Positions 21,168 to 31,409 of a stretch of DNA of 64,000 nucleotides are shown here, piece after piece (the first letter of the stretch is position 1; every line of letters begins with the position of its first letter). This stretch comes from an uncultured Gammaproteobacteria bacterium (GTDB taxonomy: Bacteria; Patescibacteriota; Microgenomatia; Levybacterales; GWA1-39-11): contig CAYMYC010000001.1 in assembly GCA_964394645.1 (NCBI GenBank), positions 479,359-543,358 on the forward strand, read 5' to 3'. A program made the translations under genes and the position numbers. The notes under the pieces were generated by a model, which searched no databases, had not been told where the DNA came from, and saw nothing but the letters and a program-made list of their open reading frames with translations.

Positions 21168-21986
21168 ATGATATATCCATTAAATATTGCTACATACAAT
21201 ACTCAATTCTCTACTAATCCCCAAAAAATAAAGGATGATGTGCTAGCTCTGGTTCAACAAGGGGTTTTTGTGATCTGCTTGCAAGAAATTGTACATTACG
21301 ATAGGAGCATATTTATTCTCGATACGCTTCAAAAGGTTTTGGGATCTGACTGGCGAGAAATTTCTAATTTGGGTAAAGAAAAAAATAACAAAGGAATGGG
21401 AAATAGTATCTTGTGGAACGAGAAGAAAATAAAACTTGAGACCATGCAGAAGATTTTTCTACCTAAATCCAAGTTTCTTTCAATTCATGAGCTACTTTTT
21501 TCATTAATCGCAGGCGGAGTATTAGTTCCTTTTCAAAGACGATCAGTTATTGGAACATTTCGATTAAGAGGAAAACGTATAAGAATCACAAATTTACACC
21601 TTGATCATAATGGGGGGTTATATAATAGACAAAAACAACTAGAGTATGTCCTCAATTGCATAAGAAAAGATAAGAAAGTTGATGGCGAAGTTATTTGTGG
21701 GGATTTTAACATTCTTGATATTCGTAAAAATAGTGAAGAGTACGAGCTGCAGAAAAGAATTATTGGATCAGACTTTCAGGATGTAACGAGTAATATTGCA
21801 TGGACAGCAGACATTGGGAACACAAAATTCAAATATGGTTCATTTGTTAACTTACTTATTCGGTATATTCATATAAGAAGAAAGCTTGATTTTATATGGG
21901 TTAAAAATATGAAGAGCATAAAATCTAAAACGCTTCCTTTAAACGCTTCTGACCATGTTCCTCTTATAGCCTTTTTAAAAATTTAA
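21168..21986 (+). CDS. Endonuclease/exonuclease/phosphatase (EEP) family protein
   Basis: ATYN, CLQE, NLHL, CGDFN, LDFI, SDHVPL. Confidence 0.92.
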   Translation: MIYPLNIATYNTQFSTNPQKIKDDVLALVQQGVFVICLQEIVHYDRSIFILDTLQKVLGSDWREISNLGKEKNNKGMGNSILWNEKKIKLETMQKIFLPKSKFLSIHELLFSLIAGGVLVPFQRRSVIGTFRLRGKRIRITNLHLDHNGGLYNRQKQLEYVLNCIRKDKKVDGEVICGDFNILDIRKNSEEYELQKRIIGSDFQDVTSNIAWTADIGNTKFKYGSFVNLLIRYIHIRRKLDFIWVKNMKSIKSKTLPLNASDHVPLIAFLKI

Positions 21987-22040
21987 TCTAGTCTGGTGTG
22001 TGTGCTTGCGTGGATTTATTGCTTAACATATAATGCGCAC

Positions 22041-22988
22041 ATGGGAAATAAACGCGAAGCAATGAGGTTCGTAAGCTCGATTGCAAATGTAACTAATAAA
22101 AATAGTCCCCTTAGAGAATTACCTTGGGTGTTAAAACGAATTGTGGATGCAGACGTAGCTCAAATAGAAAATGCTGAAGAGATATCCGCGGGTGTAGAGA
22201 AGATGGAACGTGTTCTTATGTATGCCCAAAGAGCGGTAGAGATGGGGTATATACTTTCGGAAATGTTTGTAAAAAATGAGTACGGCAATTGGTTTCCCCG
22301 CACAGAGATGCCAAGAATAATTGATCTTGGAGGAGACCCCGGAACGTTTTCAGCGCTTTATTGGAAACATAAAGCTCCTAAAGCAAATATAACTGCGGTC
22401 GAGGCAAATCCAGTTACGGCGAGTGTAATGCAGGATGGTCTCAAACGAAGAGGAATCGAGGGTATCAAAGTTGTGAACGCAGCCGTAACCGGTGAATCAA
22501 ACGGTATAGCAACTCTCCATCTACATAAGCCACGGAAAGGTTGGCACACACAAGACTATGTAAGTCAATCAAGTACTACACAAGCAGAAAATGGACATGC
22601 AATACAGGTCCCTACAATAGCTGCATCTGATTTGATTGGAGATCAAGAGAAAATAGATTTATTAAAAATTGACATTGAAGGTTCAGAAGGAGATGCAATA
22701 AAAGATCTTAGTCAGTCCGGAAAATTAAAGCAGATAGAAATGATAATTATGGAGTTCCATCATGATCCAATCGGAAATTCGCAAAATTCAATTGAAGAAA
22801 TGCTTAGAATATTAGAGGAAAATGACTTTACTATTTTAGCTGCTCATCTGACCGTAGGAAAGGGAATGAGAAGAAAGAGGAAAATATCCACAGATAGAAT
22901 TGCTCGAATAGCATCTGTACAAAGGAAAGTTTTTTTAACGTTCAGTGCGGTACAACAAGACCAAGTTAGTGAGCCACGTGTGCTTTAA
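22041..22988 (+). CDS. FkbM-family SAM methyltransferase
   Basis: IIDLGGDPG, AVEANP, IDLLKIDIEGSE, MEFH; start 22041 after TATAAT. Confidence 0.85.
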   Translation: MGNKREAMRFVSSIANVTNKNSPLRELPWVLKRIVDADVAQIENAEEISAGVEKMERVLMYAQRAVEMGYILSEMFVKNEYGNWFPRTEMPRIIDLGGDPGTFSALYWKHKAPKANITAVEANPVTASVMQDGLKRRGIEGIKVVNAAVTGESNGIATLHLHKPRKGWHTQDYVSQSSTTQAENGHAIQVPTIAASDLIGDQEKIDLLKIDIEGSEGDAIKDLSQSGKLKQIEMIIMEFHHDPIGNSQNSIEEMLRILEENDFTILAAHLTVGKGMRRKRKISTDRIARIASVQRKVFLTFSAVQQDQVSEPRVL

Positions 22989-23026
22989 GCGCTTGACTGA
23001 TAAAATACCCTTTGGTAGAATAAATC

Positions 23027-24700
23027 GTGCCGCTGAAGAACTTATCTGCTAAAAAAACAAAATACATTTTCGTCTCCGGAGGAGTCATTTCAGGTATCGG
23101 AAAAGGCTTAACTGCATCATCTATTTCTTACCTTCTTAAGTCTGCAGGTTATAAAGTTGCTCCCATAAAATTTGAAAATTATCTGAATATAGACGCAGGA
23201 ACAATAAATCCAATAGAGCATGGTGACCCTTTTCTTTGTGAGGATGGAACAGAAGGGGATATGGATATAGGGTCTTATGAAAAATTTCTCAATGAGGATA
23301 TGGGAAAGGAGAATTTTGTAACTATTGGGGCAATTTATAAGAGTGTGATTGACCGAGAGCGTAGGTTTGAGTATAACGGGGAAGATGTGGAAGCGATTCC
23401 TCATATAACTGATGAGATTACTTCTCGAATGACATCTTTAGCCAGAAAAAAGGACGCAGATATTGTTGTGGTAGAACTAGGAGGAACAGCTGGAGAGTAC
23501 CAAAACATTTTGTACTATGAAGCGTCCCGCATTATGACTTTAAGAAACCCTGGAGATGTAATTCACATACATGTGAGCTATATGCCTACCCCAGGACATC
23601 TAGGAGAGCCAAAAACAAAACCCACACAGTTGTCTGTAAGAACTTTAAACGGTATGGGCATACAGCCAGACTTAATAATTGCTCGTTCAGAAAAATATTT
23701 GGATCAGAGAAGACGTGACAGATTTGCTCTTTTCTGCAACATGCATCCAGAGGATATTATTAGTAATCCTGATGTAGACTATGTGTATGAAATTCCTGTA
23801 GTTTTGCATTCCCAGGGAATTGAGAAAAGGATATTTACAAAATTAGGGTTAGAATATAAAGCTCCAAAATTAGCTGAATGGGAAAAACTTATTGGAAAAA
23901 TAAAGGCACACAAAAAGAAAAAGGCAGAGATTGTAATAGTAGGGAAGTACTTTGGGACTGGAGACTATCAATTGCGGGATTCATACGCGGCTCTTTTTGA
24001 TGCGATTGATCATGCATCATGGGAAAGCGGAGTGGAGGTGTCTACACGTTGGGTGGACGCGGAGAAGTTGGAAAAAGAGGGTGTGGATAAAGCACTTGGA
24101 AGACCTGACGGAATTATAGTTCCTATAGGGTGGGGTGAGCGTGGTTCTGAAGGAATGATAAAAGCAGCAGAGTATGCGCTTGATAAAAAAATACCTTACT
24201 TAGGTCTTTGTTACGGTATGCAGCTTGCAGTCGTAGCATATGCGCGGCATGTTTTAGGTTGGAAAGATGCAAACACAACAGAAAATGATCCTCATACAAA
24301 GCATCCGGTAATTGCCATGATTGAATCTCAAAAAAAACTTATGGAAAGAAGATCGTATGGGGGCACAATGAGACTAGGAGGATGGGACGCTACGGTTAAA
24401 AAGGGTACGCGAGCATATGAAATATATAAAAGAGACGGTTTTAAAGGAGGGAAAGACGGATTAACATCTGAGAGGCACAGGCACAGATATGAATTTAATA
24501 ATAAATATGCAAACGATTTTGAAGGTGCTGGCTTAGTAATTTCTGCACGTTCAGTTGCAGAAAATTTAGTGGAAATTATTGAACTGTCCAAAACTAAACA
24601 CCCTTTTTTCATGGGAACTCAGGGACACCCTGAATATAAGAGTCGTCCTTTGCATCCACATCCTATTTTTGAAGAATTCTTGGATACTGCCTCAAAATAA
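23027..24700 (+). CDS. pyrG: CTP synthase
   Basis: KYIFVSGGVISGIGKG, KTKPTQ, GLCYGMQ, ERHRHRYE, QGHPEY. Confidence 0.97.
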   Translation: MPLKNLSAKKTKYIFVSGGVISGIGKGLTASSISYLLKSAGYKVAPIKFENYLNIDAGTINPIEHGDPFLCEDGTEGDMDIGSYEKFLNEDMGKENFVTIGAIYKSVIDRERRFEYNGEDVEAIPHITDEITSRMTSLARKKDADIVVVELGGTAGEYQNILYYEASRIMTLRNPGDVIHIHVSYMPTPGHLGEPKTKPTQLSVRTLNGMGIQPDLIIARSEKYLDQRRRDRFALFCNMHPEDIISNPDVDYVYEIPVVLHSQGIEKRIFTKLGLEYKAPKLAEWEKLIGKIKAHKKKKAEIVIVGKYFGTGDYQLRDSYAALFDAIDHASWESGVEVSTRWVDAEKLEKEGVDKALGRPDGIIVPIGWGERGSEGMIKAAEYALDKKIPYLGLCYGMQLAVVAYARHVLGWKDANTTENDPHTKHPVIAMIESQKKLMERRSYGGTMRLGGWDATVKKGTRAYEIYKRDGFKGGKDGLTSERHRHRYEFNNKYANDFEGAGLVISARSVAENLVEIIELSKTKHPFFMGTQGHPEYKSRPLHPHPIFEEFLDTASK

Positions 24701-24812
24701 GAACGTTTCCTGGGTTTTTAACCCGTCTAAGCGTATTAGTGCTTAGAACTGTGCTTATCCTAAGCTTTTACTTTTTGACTTTTGTCCTTATTTTTATGTA
24801 TAATACTCTCTT

Positions 24813-25091
24813 ATGGAAGCAATAGAAGGTCTTCGGGAAGGACAATTCGTAAGAGTTTACCAAAAAATAACAGATGCTAAGAAAGAGCGTATTGTTCCTT
24901 TTCAGGGCAAAATTATTAAAGTTAAGGGTGCAGGGCTTAATAAAATGATTACGGTTCAAAATGCGCTAGAGGGTGTTATAGTTGATCGTATATTTCCTAT
25001 ATCTTCTCCGACGCTTACAAAAATAGAATTAATGGTTGTTAAGGAGTCAAAAAAAACAACACGAAAGAGAAACGCAAAAAAGCGCAAGTAA
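24813..25091 (+). CDS. rplS: 50S ribosomal protein L19
   Basis: GQFVRVYQKI..KKERIVPFQG...VDRIFPISSP. Confidence 0.85.
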   Translation: MEAIEGLREGQFVRVYQKITDAKKERIVPFQGKIIKVKGAGLNKMITVQNALEGVIVDRIFPISSPTLTKIELMVVKESKKTTRKRNAKKRK

Positions 25092-25148
25092 AATCAATAT
25101 TCCTCACACTTCCACTGATTACCGATATATAATATTTTTACTACTGGT

Positions 25149-25502
25149 ATGAATAATTCTTTTGGAAGAGTGGGTGAGGATTTGGCACAAAAGTACTTAC
25201 TACAAAAAGAATATTATATTCTTGCTAAAAACTACCACAGTAAATTTGGCGAGATAGATATAATTGCATCAGACGGGTCTTCAATAGTGTTTGTAGAGGT
25301 AAAAACACGTACGCAGCTTCAATTTGGGACTCCTTTGGAAGCGATTACCAAACATAAACTTTCAAAAATGATAAAGACATCACAGTTTTATCTCTCACAA
25401 AGAAACATGCATAATAAACCATATAGGTATGATGCTATTGAAATACTTTTTAATAACTCGGAAAAACCTACCATAAATCATATTGTAAATATTACTTTTT
25501 AA
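25149..25502 (+). CDS. YraN-family (UPF0102) endonuclease-like protein
   Basis: GRVGEDLA..YL, GEIDIIA, FVEVKTR, RYDAI. Confidence 0.92.
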   Translation: MNNSFGRVGEDLAQKYLLQKEYYILAKNYHSKFGEIDIIASDGSSIVFVEVKTRTQLQFGTPLEAITKHKLSKMIKTSQFYLSQRNMHNKPYRYDAIEILFNNSEKPTINHIVNITF

Positions 25503-25572
25503 ACTGAAGGTAGTCATAAAAAGTCACAAAATAATACTTGATAGTTCGGGTGCAATACATAATACTTAACTC

Positions 25573-26151
25573 ATGACTGGACGTACACATGATTTAGCTG
25601 CCTTTTCCGCACTTTCTTTGATAGTTGCCACGCAAAACATTCCTCAAATGAGTTTGGCGACTGTTATTGTTGCAGTATCTGCAAACCTTATAGGAGGTTT
25701 AACTCCCGATATTGATCAACCTACTGCTGAACTGTGGCACAAAATTCCTGCAGGAACTGTCATAGGGAAGATTCTTTATCCACTATTAGGAGGTCATAGA
25801 TTTATTTCACATTCTGTAGTTGGAGTTATTTTATTTGGCTTTGGTGCCCATTTTCTTTTAGATGTTATTCACAGTGTTTTATTGGTGGATATGGGTGTAG
25901 TTTGGTGGTCATTTATGATCGGATATGTGTCACATTTAGTACTTGATACATTTACAAGAGATGGCGTTCCATGGCTATTTCCCATACCTATGAAAATGGG
26001 GATTCCTCCCTTAAAGCACCTTCGGATAAAAACGGGGGGGTCTATTGAAAAATCCATTGTTTTTCCTCTTCTTATGGTTTTCACAGCCTACGTTTATTAT
26101 GCAAATTACGCACGTTTCGTGGATTTTTTTAAATACTATATACATAAATGA
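25573..26151 (+). CDS. YdjM-like membrane metal-dependent hydrolase
   Basis: MTGRTH, PDID, GHRFISHS, SHLVLDTFT..G. Confidence 0.88.
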   Translation: MTGRTHDLAAFSALSLIVATQNIPQMSLATVIVAVSANLIGGLTPDIDQPTAELWHKIPAGTVIGKILYPLLGGHRFISHSVVGVILFGFGAHFLLDVIHSVLLVDMGVVWWSFMIGYVSHLVLDTFTRDGVPWLFPIPMKMGIPPLKHLRIKTGGSIEKSIVFPLLMVFTAYVYYANYARFVDFFKYYIHK

Positions 26152-26972
26152 AAAAAGCAGGGCATTTCTTTTTTTTACTTACGGGAGTAGTATTTTTTAC
26201 AATTCTACTGCTGCAATATTATTTATTTCCCTCTCAACCTGAAAATGTAACAAAAGAAAGTAATTCTAAAGTCGCTGGTATAAATACTGAAAATAGTAAA
26301 AGTACTCCTACCCCAAGTCTAATAAAACTTGCTAAAGAAGAGTACGTCATTGCGGCATTTGGAGATTCTATGATAGACACTATGGGTGAGAAAATGGAAT
26401 TCCTGCAGCGGGTACTTAAAAAAGAATACCCAGGCATTACGTTCAGGCTGTATAACTATGGTATTGGTGCTCAAAACGTGGAACAAGGGCTTGCTCGGTG
26501 GAATTCATCATTTAAAAATAGGGAAAGAAGTTTTCCTCCCATTTCAAGTCTTTCCCCTGATGTGATTCTTTTGGGGTCATATGCTTATAACCCTTTTAAT
26601 CCTCATGATTTGCAAAAATATAGGAATAGGCTTTCTGATTTAGTAAAAAAAGCTAAAGAAACAAAGGCTAAAGTGTATCTTTTGGCAGAAATTGCCCCGT
26701 TATATGATGGTTTTGGAGATGGTCCTAAAGGACCAAATATGTCAACTGCGTCTGCACACATGCAGGCAAATAATATACGAGAGCAGTTAGAACAAGTTGA
26801 GACAGTAGCAAAGAAACAAAAAATTGTGGTAATTGATATGTTTTCAAGAACGCAGTTTAATGGAAAATATGGGAATAGGTATTATACGAACCCTGATGAC
26901 GGAGTACATCCTTCAGATTATGGTCAAGAGGCTACTGCCGAGCAGATAGTGAAAACTGTAAAATTTGATTAA
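26148..26972 (+). CDS. SGNH/GDSL hydrolase, membrane anchored
   Basis: N-terminal TM, FGDSM block I, DGVHP block V. Confidence 0.85.
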   Translation: MKKAGHFFFLLTGVVFFTILLLQYYLFPSQPENVTKESNSKVAGINTENSKSTPTPSLIKLAKEEYVIAAFGDSMIDTMGEKMEFLQRVLKKEYPGITFRLYNYGIGAQNVEQGLARWNSSFKNRERSFPPISSLSPDVILLGSYAYNPFNPHDLQKYRNRLSDLVKKAKETKAKVYLLAEIAPLYDGFGDGPKGPNMSTASAHMQANNIREQLEQVETVAKKQKIVVIDMFSRTQFNGKYGNRYYTNPDDGVHPSDYGQEATAEQIVKTVKFD

Positions 26973-27542
26973 TTACTGACGCAGTTTCGCGTGTCTTTTT
27001 GTCGCTTCAACTAGTATTTTATTGTAACGCCCCCAAGTAGTTGATTTTTGTTCATAAAAATCTTTATCGTGGGGGTTAAGAGAGGGATTTTTAGCCATGT
27101 TTTCATATGTCTCAATCTTATTGTTTGCGTATCTACAAACATCATAAATCGTAAGCGACCCTATTATGTCCGCTGCCAGAATTGATTCATCCGTGTTTAG
27201 TGTTAGATAGTCTTCCTGCCTAAGTTTTTTCCAGTTATGGAAATAATCTAGAGCAAGTTTTCCTTTTTTTGGAATTGGAAGGTCATTTGGATTTCTGAAA
27301 CATTCTTCTAGAAAATTTTCTATGTAGATCCCTTTTGTGATTACTTCACCAATATCTTTAAATCTGATCCAATCTCTATCATCTCCATATATTTTTTCCT
27401 GGTCCTCTTTTTTATAATACTTCTGTATGTAGGAATTGGCATGGTCGGATGTAGATTCATGCGGTGGAGTATGAAATCTCTTTGCAAGAGCACGCCTGTC
27501 ATCATCTGTAAAACGGTCAGGTTGGTCGGATTCTAAGCCCAT
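26973..27542 (-). CDS. Hypothetical protein
   Basis: 189 aa ORF, no recognised motif. Confidence 0.6.
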   Translation of the reverse strand: MGLESDQPDRFTDDDRRALAKRFHTPPHESTSDHANSYIQKYYKKEDQEKIYGDDRDWIRFKDIGEVITKGIYIENFLEECFRNPNDLPIPKKGKLALDYFHNWKKLRQEDYLTLNTDESILAADIIGSLTIYDVCRYANNKIETYENMAKNPSLNPHDKDFYEQKSTTWGRYNKILVEATKRHAKLRQ

Positions 27543-27608
27543 AGTCGAAAATTGTAATGGTATGGGGATAAAAAAGCAAGCGTGTTTTTAGAAATACTTT
27601 TGAGTGAT

Positions 27609-28169
27609 CCAGACGTTTCTATAATCGAACCTTCATTTTCAAATTTGGAGTTCTATGAATTGGTAGCTAGAATTCGTGAGGCGTTTGGAGAATTTAATAT
27701 GCTTAGATTGCTCTATACTTAGCCTTAAACTGATAAAACAAATATTGACTTCATGAGGAGATTCTCATACTATTAATCTATGAAAAACAAGCAGACCCTT
27801 CTTGTGAGAAAGGATTTAGATGACGCATTTCAAAACTTCGCTACAAAACTTGATTTAGCTGAGGCATTAGAAGATGTCGATGAGAAAAATAGAGGCTATA
27901 GGGATCAAATACTCAATGGTCTAGATAAAGTTGTTAAGGAGCTAGAAACTATGAGAGAGGAAAATCTTGTAGGAGCGCATCAGATTGAAGAAATGTATGA
28001 AAAAGTAGAAAGCCACGAAAAGAGAATAACCAAGCTAGAATCCCCATCTCATTAAGGTTTCAAGATAAGTTCTTTAAGAAAAACGAGCCTATATTCAGAG
28101 TAGTTTTAAATTCAAAATAAAAGATCTTCAACTCAACTCATGAGCCAGACGTATCTGTAATCGAACCTT
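27609..28169 (+). repeat. 25-bp imperfect direct repeat (27609-27633 and 28145-28169)
   Basis: CCAGACGT(T/A)TCT(A/G)TAATCGAACCTT, 23/25 identical, flanking a 91-aa ORF. Confidence 0.85.
27780..28055 (+). CDS. Small coiled-coil hypothetical protein (ATKxDL...HEKRITKLE type)
   Basis: 91 aa ORF with its own TTGACT-17-TACTAT promoter (27745-27773). Confidence 0.7.
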   Translation: MKNKQTLLVRKDLDDAFQNFATKLDLAEALEDVDEKNRGYRDQILNGLDKVVKELETMREENLVGAHQIEEMYEKVESHEKRITKLESPSH

Positions 28170-28197
28170 TGTTCTTGGAATATGCAGAGAAAGTATC

Positions 28198-28782
28198 TCA
28201 GGCTTTTTTGTATACTACCTTCGTAATAAGTGAATTTTGTTTTTGCTGTTTAGAGTTCTTTATCATTTCCCTATAATGCTCTCCCACAATTACTTTTTTG
28301 TAGTCTGCGACCTTCTCAATAAATTCTATTCCCATTAGATGGTCGTATTCATGTTGAATTACTCGAGCAAGAATTCCATCACATTTTAGACTAAACTTTT
28401 CCCCCTTCTCGTCTAATGCCTCTACCTCTATCTCCTTGGGTCTTATTACAGGACCAAATAAATCTCCCTCAACAACACTTCCGCACCCTTCGTAAATTAT
28501 GCTTTTTGTCTTTGATTCATAAGTTATTCTAGGGTTGATGTAAAATCTTAATTTATCTTTCTTGCCTATATTTCGTGACTTGGTGTTTCTTGCATGTGTC
28601 ACAAAAACCATATAGTTTTCCGCTATCTGAGGTGCTGCTATACCAATCAAGTCTGTTTTAGTCATTGTATCTACGAGATCTTTTTTTAGCTTTATGAATA
28701 CTTTAGATTGGAGATCGGTAATTTTCTTATTCTTTTTCTTAAGAGATGGGTGACCTGCCTGAATTGTAGATCGTGCTGGCAT
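28198..28782 (-). CDS. def: Peptide deformylase
   Basis: GIAAPQI, EGCGSV, QHEYDHLMG; start 28782. Confidence 0.92.
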   Translation of the reverse strand: MPARSTIQAGHPSLKKKNKKITDLQSKVFIKLKKDLVDTMTKTDLIGIAAPQIAENYMVFVTHARNTKSRNIGKKDKLRFYINPRITYESKTKSIIYEGCGSVVEGDLFGPVIRPKEIEVEALDEKGEKFSLKCDGILARVIQHEYDHLMGIEFIEKVADYKKVIVGEHYREMIKNSKQQKQNSLITKVVYKKA

Positions 28783-28947
28783 ACTGAGAGGAATTATATC
28801 ATAGAGATTATTGTTGAGTTTGTGAGCTCTCTGTTCCACAGGTGGAACACCTGTTTAATAGTTTAATCAAGACATATTATAGATTACAGGAGCTTGGTGT
28901 CCAAGAGGTCGATGGCAAAACTGTAGTCGTAGATACAAAGGAGGTTA

Positions 28948-29397
28948 GTGATGAATAACTTTACCTCCCAGCTCCATGATGAGAACACGTTTTACAAAGC
29001 CTTTTTGAGGGATATAGATAGGGCTACAAGCGAAATTATTATCGAAAGCCCATTCATTACCTCAAGTCGAATGAATCTGCTATGGTTAACGCTCAAGTGT
29101 GCCTATTCCAGAGGAGTTAAGATATACATTATTACCCGCGATCCAAAAGATCATAGCGATGGATATGAAATCCAGTCTGAGGATGAAATACGACGTTTGG
29201 AAGAGTTAGGTATCCAAGTTTTCTTGTGTACAGGCAACCATCACCGAAAGTTGGCCATTATCGATCGTGAGATACTCTGGGAAGGCAGTTTAAATATATT
29301 GTCGCAAACTAAAAGCAGAGAAATAATGAGAAGAATGGAAGGTATAGATTTTGCTGTTGAAATGTTTAATTTTATAAAGCTCTACAAATACATATAA
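28948..29397 (+). CDS. Single-HKD phospholipase D-like (Nuc-type) domain protein
   Basis: IIIESPFI, RGVKIYIITR, HRKLAIID..LWEGSLN. Confidence 0.85.
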   Translation: MMNNFTSQLHDENTFYKAFLRDIDRATSEIIIESPFITSSRMNLLWLTLKCAYSRGVKIYIITRDPKDHSDGYEIQSEDEIRRLEELGIQVFLCTGNHHRKLAIIDREILWEGSLNILSQTKSREIMRRMEGIDFAVEMFNFIKLYKYI

Positions 29398-29427
29398 ATA
29401 TTCATAGTTTGCTCCACATATGGAGTT

Positions 29428-30138
29428 TTAACTTCTCTTTTTAAATGCATCTTGTGCGATTTGAAATTTATCCTTAATTATCAAACCGTCTCTAAGTTCG
29501 ATGTTTCTTTGCGCTAATTTAGCATATTCAGGCTCATGGGTTACCATAATGATGGTTTGGCCTTGACTGTGTAGATTGCGAAAAATTGACAATACTTTTT
29601 CTGATGATTCGGTATCTAAATTAGCTGTTGGCTCATCTGCAAAAAGTATTTTTGGATTATGTATGATCGATCTGGCGATGCTAACTCTTTGTTGCTGACC
29701 GCCTGAAAGCTGATTTGGCAGATTGTTTAACCTATCCTGAAGGTCTACTTTCAGCAAAGCTTCGATAGCCCGATCCTGAGCAGTTTTTTTATCTACACCT
29801 TGCATTAACAGCGGCATCATCACATTTTCCATAGCAGTAAGCATAGGAAGAATCGCATAATCCTGAAAGATATATCCTAAGTTTTTAAGTCGAAATGATA
29901 TTCTTTCTTCATTTGACAGCGTAGAAGTATCTGTGTTTTCTATTAGTATTTTTCCTGAGTTGGGTGTATCTAATAAGCTTAACTGATATAGTAATGTGCT
30001 TTTCCCTGATCCTGACATACCTGTAATTGCAAGAAACTGGTTGCTCGGCACTTCGAAAGATATGTTTTTTAACGCTGTTAGAACATTGTCACCAATTTTA
30101 AATACTTTTGTTAAATTCTTAATTTTAATCATATTCAT
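29428..30138 (-). CDS. ABC transporter ATP-binding protein (LolD/MacB type)
   Basis: GMSGSGKST, LSGGQQQR, ADEPTANLD, MVTHE. Confidence 0.95.
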   Translation of the reverse strand: MNMIKIKNLTKVFKIGDNVLTALKNISFEVPSNQFLAITGMSGSGKSTLLYQLSLLDTPNSGKILIENTDTSTLSNEERISFRLKNLGYIFQDYAILPMLTAMENVMMPLLMQGVDKKTAQDRAIEALLKVDLQDRLNNLPNQLSGGQQQRVSIARSIIHNPKILFADEPTANLDTESSEKVLSIFRNLHSQGQTIIMVTHEPEYAKLAQRNIELRDGLIIKDKFQIAQDAFKKRS

Positions 30139-31409
30139 CTACCTAAAATCGCATCTAATGTATTTTGTTTAGTTACCATCCAGGCAGGAATGAATCCAGA
30201 TATAAATGCTGTAAAAGTCAATATTATTCCGCGAATTGTGAGACCTGTTGAGGAGATTGCAAGTTTTCCCTCTGTTACCGGAAATTTGAGTGGATGAATC
30301 TCAAACCATGGTGCTAGAAACCAAGTGATAATCAAACTAGCAAGTAGGATGCCTGAAACAGCATAAAATATTGATTGAATAACGTATGATATTTCGATGG
30401 CACGTGCTGAAATGCCTATACCCTTCATAATACCAATATATTTTCTTCTCGTTATAGCATTAACGAAAATGACAATAAAAATTGTAATCGCTCCAACGAT
30501 TAACGAAATCATTCCGACGATATTGCCAAGCATCGAAAATGTTTTTTTCATATCTGAAATTGTTTTTGGCAACGCTTCTTCTGCTGTTTCTATCGCAATA
30601 TCATTGTTATAAGAAAAATTGTCTCGTATATATCCTTTAGCCTCATTTTTATCCGAATACTGTAGTAGCAATATAGCAATCTCATTTGCATTTAGACTAC
30701 TGTTATTTATAAGTAACCTCATTGTACTTTCTGGTATAAATATACGACTATCTACAGTGCTATTGCCCGTATCAACAATTCCTTTGATGAATACCTCACT
30801 ATTTATTGGACCGATAATTAGTTTTAACTTTGATCCAATTCTTACATTTTCTAATCGAGGTTCAGTGGATGATCCTTGCGAGTATTGAGAAAGCAAATTT
30901 TTTCCTAACACAACGCCGTTCGTATCATATTCGTTTAGAAATTCACCTAATATGATTTTTGATGATATTCCAGTTACTTCATCTTCCTGTGTCGAATTAA
31001 TTCCGACCAAGGTACTACTTACTCTTTGCCCAATATCTGATGCATTAATCTTTATTTGATCTTCGTTTTCTAGGATTGCAGGAGTTGTGTATCTGAATGA
31101 AGATCCTTTATAAGATGGCAAACTTTTTAGAAGTGTATACAACAAACTTGTTTGCGAAATAGATAATTTGTTACTAGCAGGTTTTATTAAGATGTCTGAG
31201 GAATAATACGTTTTAAAGGAGTTCATCATTCCATCTGCCAACCCTGTTAGAATGCCACCCATGAGGACCATATTAAAAAATGTCAGAGACATGACAAATA
31301 TGATGAGCATTGTCGACCAAGGATTATTACGCTTTAACTCATGTGTTGCAAGAAATCGACCCACTGTTACATCATTTACGAAGTTATTTATGCTGGCTCG
31401 TATTTTCAT
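30135..31409 (-). CDS. ABC transporter permease (FtsX/MacB family)
   Basis: One TM, large extracytoplasmic domain, three TMs; RRKYIGIMKGIG. Confidence 0.9.
   Translation of the reverse strand: MKIRASINNFVNDVTVGRFLATHELKRNNPWSTMLIIFVMSLTFFNMVLMGGILTGLADGMMNSFKTYYSSDILIKPASNKLSISQTSLLYTLLKSLPSYKGSSFRYTTPAILENEDQIKINASDIGQRVSSTLVGINSTQEDEVTGISSKIILGEFLNEYDTNGVVLGKNLLSQYSQGSSTEPRLENVRIGSKLKLIIGPINSEVFIKGIVDTGNSTVDSRIFIPESTMRLLINNSSLNANEIAILLLQYSDKNEAKGYIRDNFSYNNDIAIETAEEALPKTISDMKKTFSMLGNIVGMISLIVGAITIFIVIFVNAITRRKYIGIMKGIGISARAIEISYVIQSIFYAVSGILLASLIITWFLAPWFEIHPLKFPVTEGKLAISSTGLTIRGIILTFTAFISGFIPAWMVTKQNTLDAILGR

Noticed and set aside
27609-28169. 25-bp repeats as a CRISPR array
   Set aside because: Only two copies, 536 bp apart, and no cas genes.
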